Positions 62,201 to 64,000 of a stretch of DNA of 64,000 nt are shown one piece after another. Under the pieces are notes generated by a model, which ran no database searches, was not told the origin of the DNA, and saw only the letters and a program-made list of their open reading frames with translations. How positions within the stretch are numbered: the first letter of the stretch is position 1; each line of letters starts with the position of its first letter. Both the position numbers and the translations under genes were made by a program. The DNA lies in assembly GCA_965153285.1 (NCBI GenBank), contig OZ229110.1. One strand, given 5' to 3'. This DNA comes from Podarcis tiliguerta. Lineage: Eukaryota.

Positions 62201-63035
62201 TCATAATAATGGCAACCACCCCGTTGATGCCAAGACTCAGAGAACAAAAACAAAAACCCTTCTGTTCGCAGCCAATCTCAACTCACCTGCAGACAGTGAC
62301 AGCCACACCCAGGATGGTGACTGTGGTGAGGACATGCTCCACAGCAAGCACGTCTTCATCATAAATTGTGAGGGCAATGAGGACAGCGAGGATGGAGCCA
62401 GCAAAGAAGGCCACATTCTTAGCCACGACAGTGAACAGAGGTGAAATGAAGCAATTCATGTACTTGGAGGCTGGCTTGTAGCCCTTGCTGAGGCGCGAGT
62501 GCAACTCGTGGTCCAGCTCATTGAAGTGCCGCAGGTAGCAGCGGCCGTAGAGGGACCAGCAACGAGCCCCCAAGCTTCCTGGCTCTCGCTTCAGAATCTC
62601 TGTGTAGCTGAAGAAGGCGTAGAGGATCTGCCAGATGAGGATGAGTGGACAGAGCAGAAAATTAGCAATGCCAATCCAGAGGATGCGGGTGCCCAGCTTT
62701 TCAGCCAGCTCCAGACGGTTGCTGCCTCGCTTGTACTCGGCCTTGAGACTCCACTCATTCTCAAAGAGTGAGCCAGGGCCCCAGAAGAAGATGAGCTCAA
62801 AGTTGTACTTGAGGCCACGCGTATAGAAGATTGTATCGCCCAGTAGGGGGAGGTGGAAGCGCATAGGCAATAGCGACTTGTTCACCATGGCCACCATGTA
62901 GTTCTTGAAACGCAGGATGCGGTGGTAGATGTCCAGTTCTGTCAGCTCCTTCTTATGGATGCAGATCTGGTGTTCCTTCTGGATTTGGACAATCCGTGCC
63001 TGCACCTCCTGCCATGTGTAGTAGGGCAAATTGGA
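56284..63035 (-). CDS. ATG9A: Autophagy-related protein 9A, 5'-partial; last 9 coding exons
   Basis: Exons 63035-62287, 61931-61778, 61502-61323, 61105-60860, 59859-59645, 59061-58944, 58477-58252, 57362-57220, 56289-56284 (GTG TAG). Diagnostic peptides: TWQEVQARIVQIQKEHQICIHKKELTELDIYHRILRF, YLRHFNELDHELHSRLS, VFILEELLSPIVTP, QQAEDGKTELSLMHF, EMSLHALYMHE, WHRRESDESGES, EDELPPQIHKV*. Upstream exons lie beyond 64000. Confidence 0.97.
56693..56826. mobile_element. hAT-type palindromic MITE
   Basis: Long TIRs caggcttcctcaacctcggccctcca / tggagggccgaggttgaggaagcctg; exact 8-bp TSD gcttactc (56685-56692, 56827-56834). Related degenerate copies at about 1575-1695, 24020-24100, 45610-45750, 53930-54050. 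Confidence 0.85.
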
Positions 63036-63079
63036 CTGCAGGCAAAGAGAGGGATGTTGAGGTTAGTGGTGTGACAAGG

Positions 63080-63690
63080 CTAATCCTCATGATGGGGATA
63101 CACTCCCTTCTGAAGGAGCAGGTACACAACTTGGGGATAATTCTGGATCCACTGGTGTCCCTTGAGGCTCAGGTGGCCTCAGTGGCATGGAGTGCTTTCC
63201 ATCAGCTTTGGCTGGTGGCTCAGCTGTGACCCCAACTGGACAGGGATAGCCTAACTTCTCTTGCTCTGGCAACCTCTAGGTTAGATTACTGCAATGCACA
63301 TGGGACTGTCTCTGAGACATTTCGGAAACTTCAGCTGTTGCGGAATTCAGTGGCCAGGTTGCTCAACAAGGCAGGACAGTTTGAGCATGTAACACCAACC
63401 TTGGCCTGACTGCACTGGTTGCCAATTTTGGGCCCAATTTTCTGGGCCCAATTTTGACATATAAAGCCTCAAACATCTCAGGACTGCAATACCTCAAGGA
63501 CCATCTCTTCCCATATGAACTAACCTGGACCCAGCAGTCATCATCTAAAGTGCTTCAGAGGGTAGCAACATGAAGATGAGCCTTTGCTTTGGTGGCTCCC
63601 TATTTGTGGAATGCTCTCCACAGAGTGGTTCACCTGGCGCCATCATTATATATCTTTATGTGCCAGGCAAAAACTTTCCTTCATATCCAG
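63080..63690 (+). mobile_element. L2-clade LINE fragment in ATG9A intron
   Basis: LKEQVHNLGIILDPLVSLEAQVASVAWSAFHQL..TSRLDYCNA..LHWLP motifs, degenerate. Confidence 0.7.
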
Positions 63691-64000
63691 GCCTTTGGCC
63701 TTTAACTATCTGTGGCCTTTTAGAAGTGGGTAGGTTTTTTATGTATTTCTCCCCCCACCCCACAATGGTTTTGATGTATCTGGGGATGAGTTTTTTTGTC
63801 CATTTGGTTGTTTGTTTGTTGCTTTGAGTTGTCTTGGGAAAGATAAAGTGACTAACAGATTTAACAAACAAAAACTTTCCCCACTCCTGAAAAAGGGGAA
63901 GGGAATTGGTTATGCAGAGACTCAACTTCTAACACTCTTGGGCAAGGACCAAATAACAAACACTGGCAAACCAGACAATGACAGCTGAAGAACATACTAG

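Overview
Vertebrate genomic DNA, almost certainly a lacertid lizard (Sauria/POM-type SINEs, L2 and RTE LINE fragments, hAT and Tc1/mariner MITEs). The window covers the conserved block ZFAND2B (+, last 7 coding exons), ABCB6 (-, complete, 19 coding exons, 894 aa) and ATG9A (-, last 9 coding exons). Between ZFAND2B and ABCB6, where human 2q35 has no gene, lies an intact 7-exon gene (+, 11475-22870, 544 aa). It encodes a signal peptide, a Cys-rich N-terminal region with a furin-type site, and a clan CD / C13 (legumain-like) peptidase fold. In that fold the catalytic His and Cys positions are Pro and Ser, the S1-pocket Arg-His pair is kept, and a canonical 12-residue EF-hand loop is inserted. It looks like a secreted, possibly Ca2+-binding legumain-like pseudopeptidase absent from the human locus, and is the main finding. 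Secondary findings: a tubulin/RPGR-ORF15-like Glu-Gly tail on ABCB6, a CCaX end on ZFAND2B, and a candidate GC-donor non-coding first exon of ABCB6. All exon boundaries were read by hand (GT/AG, phases consistent). Family assignments come from motif recognition, not database searches.
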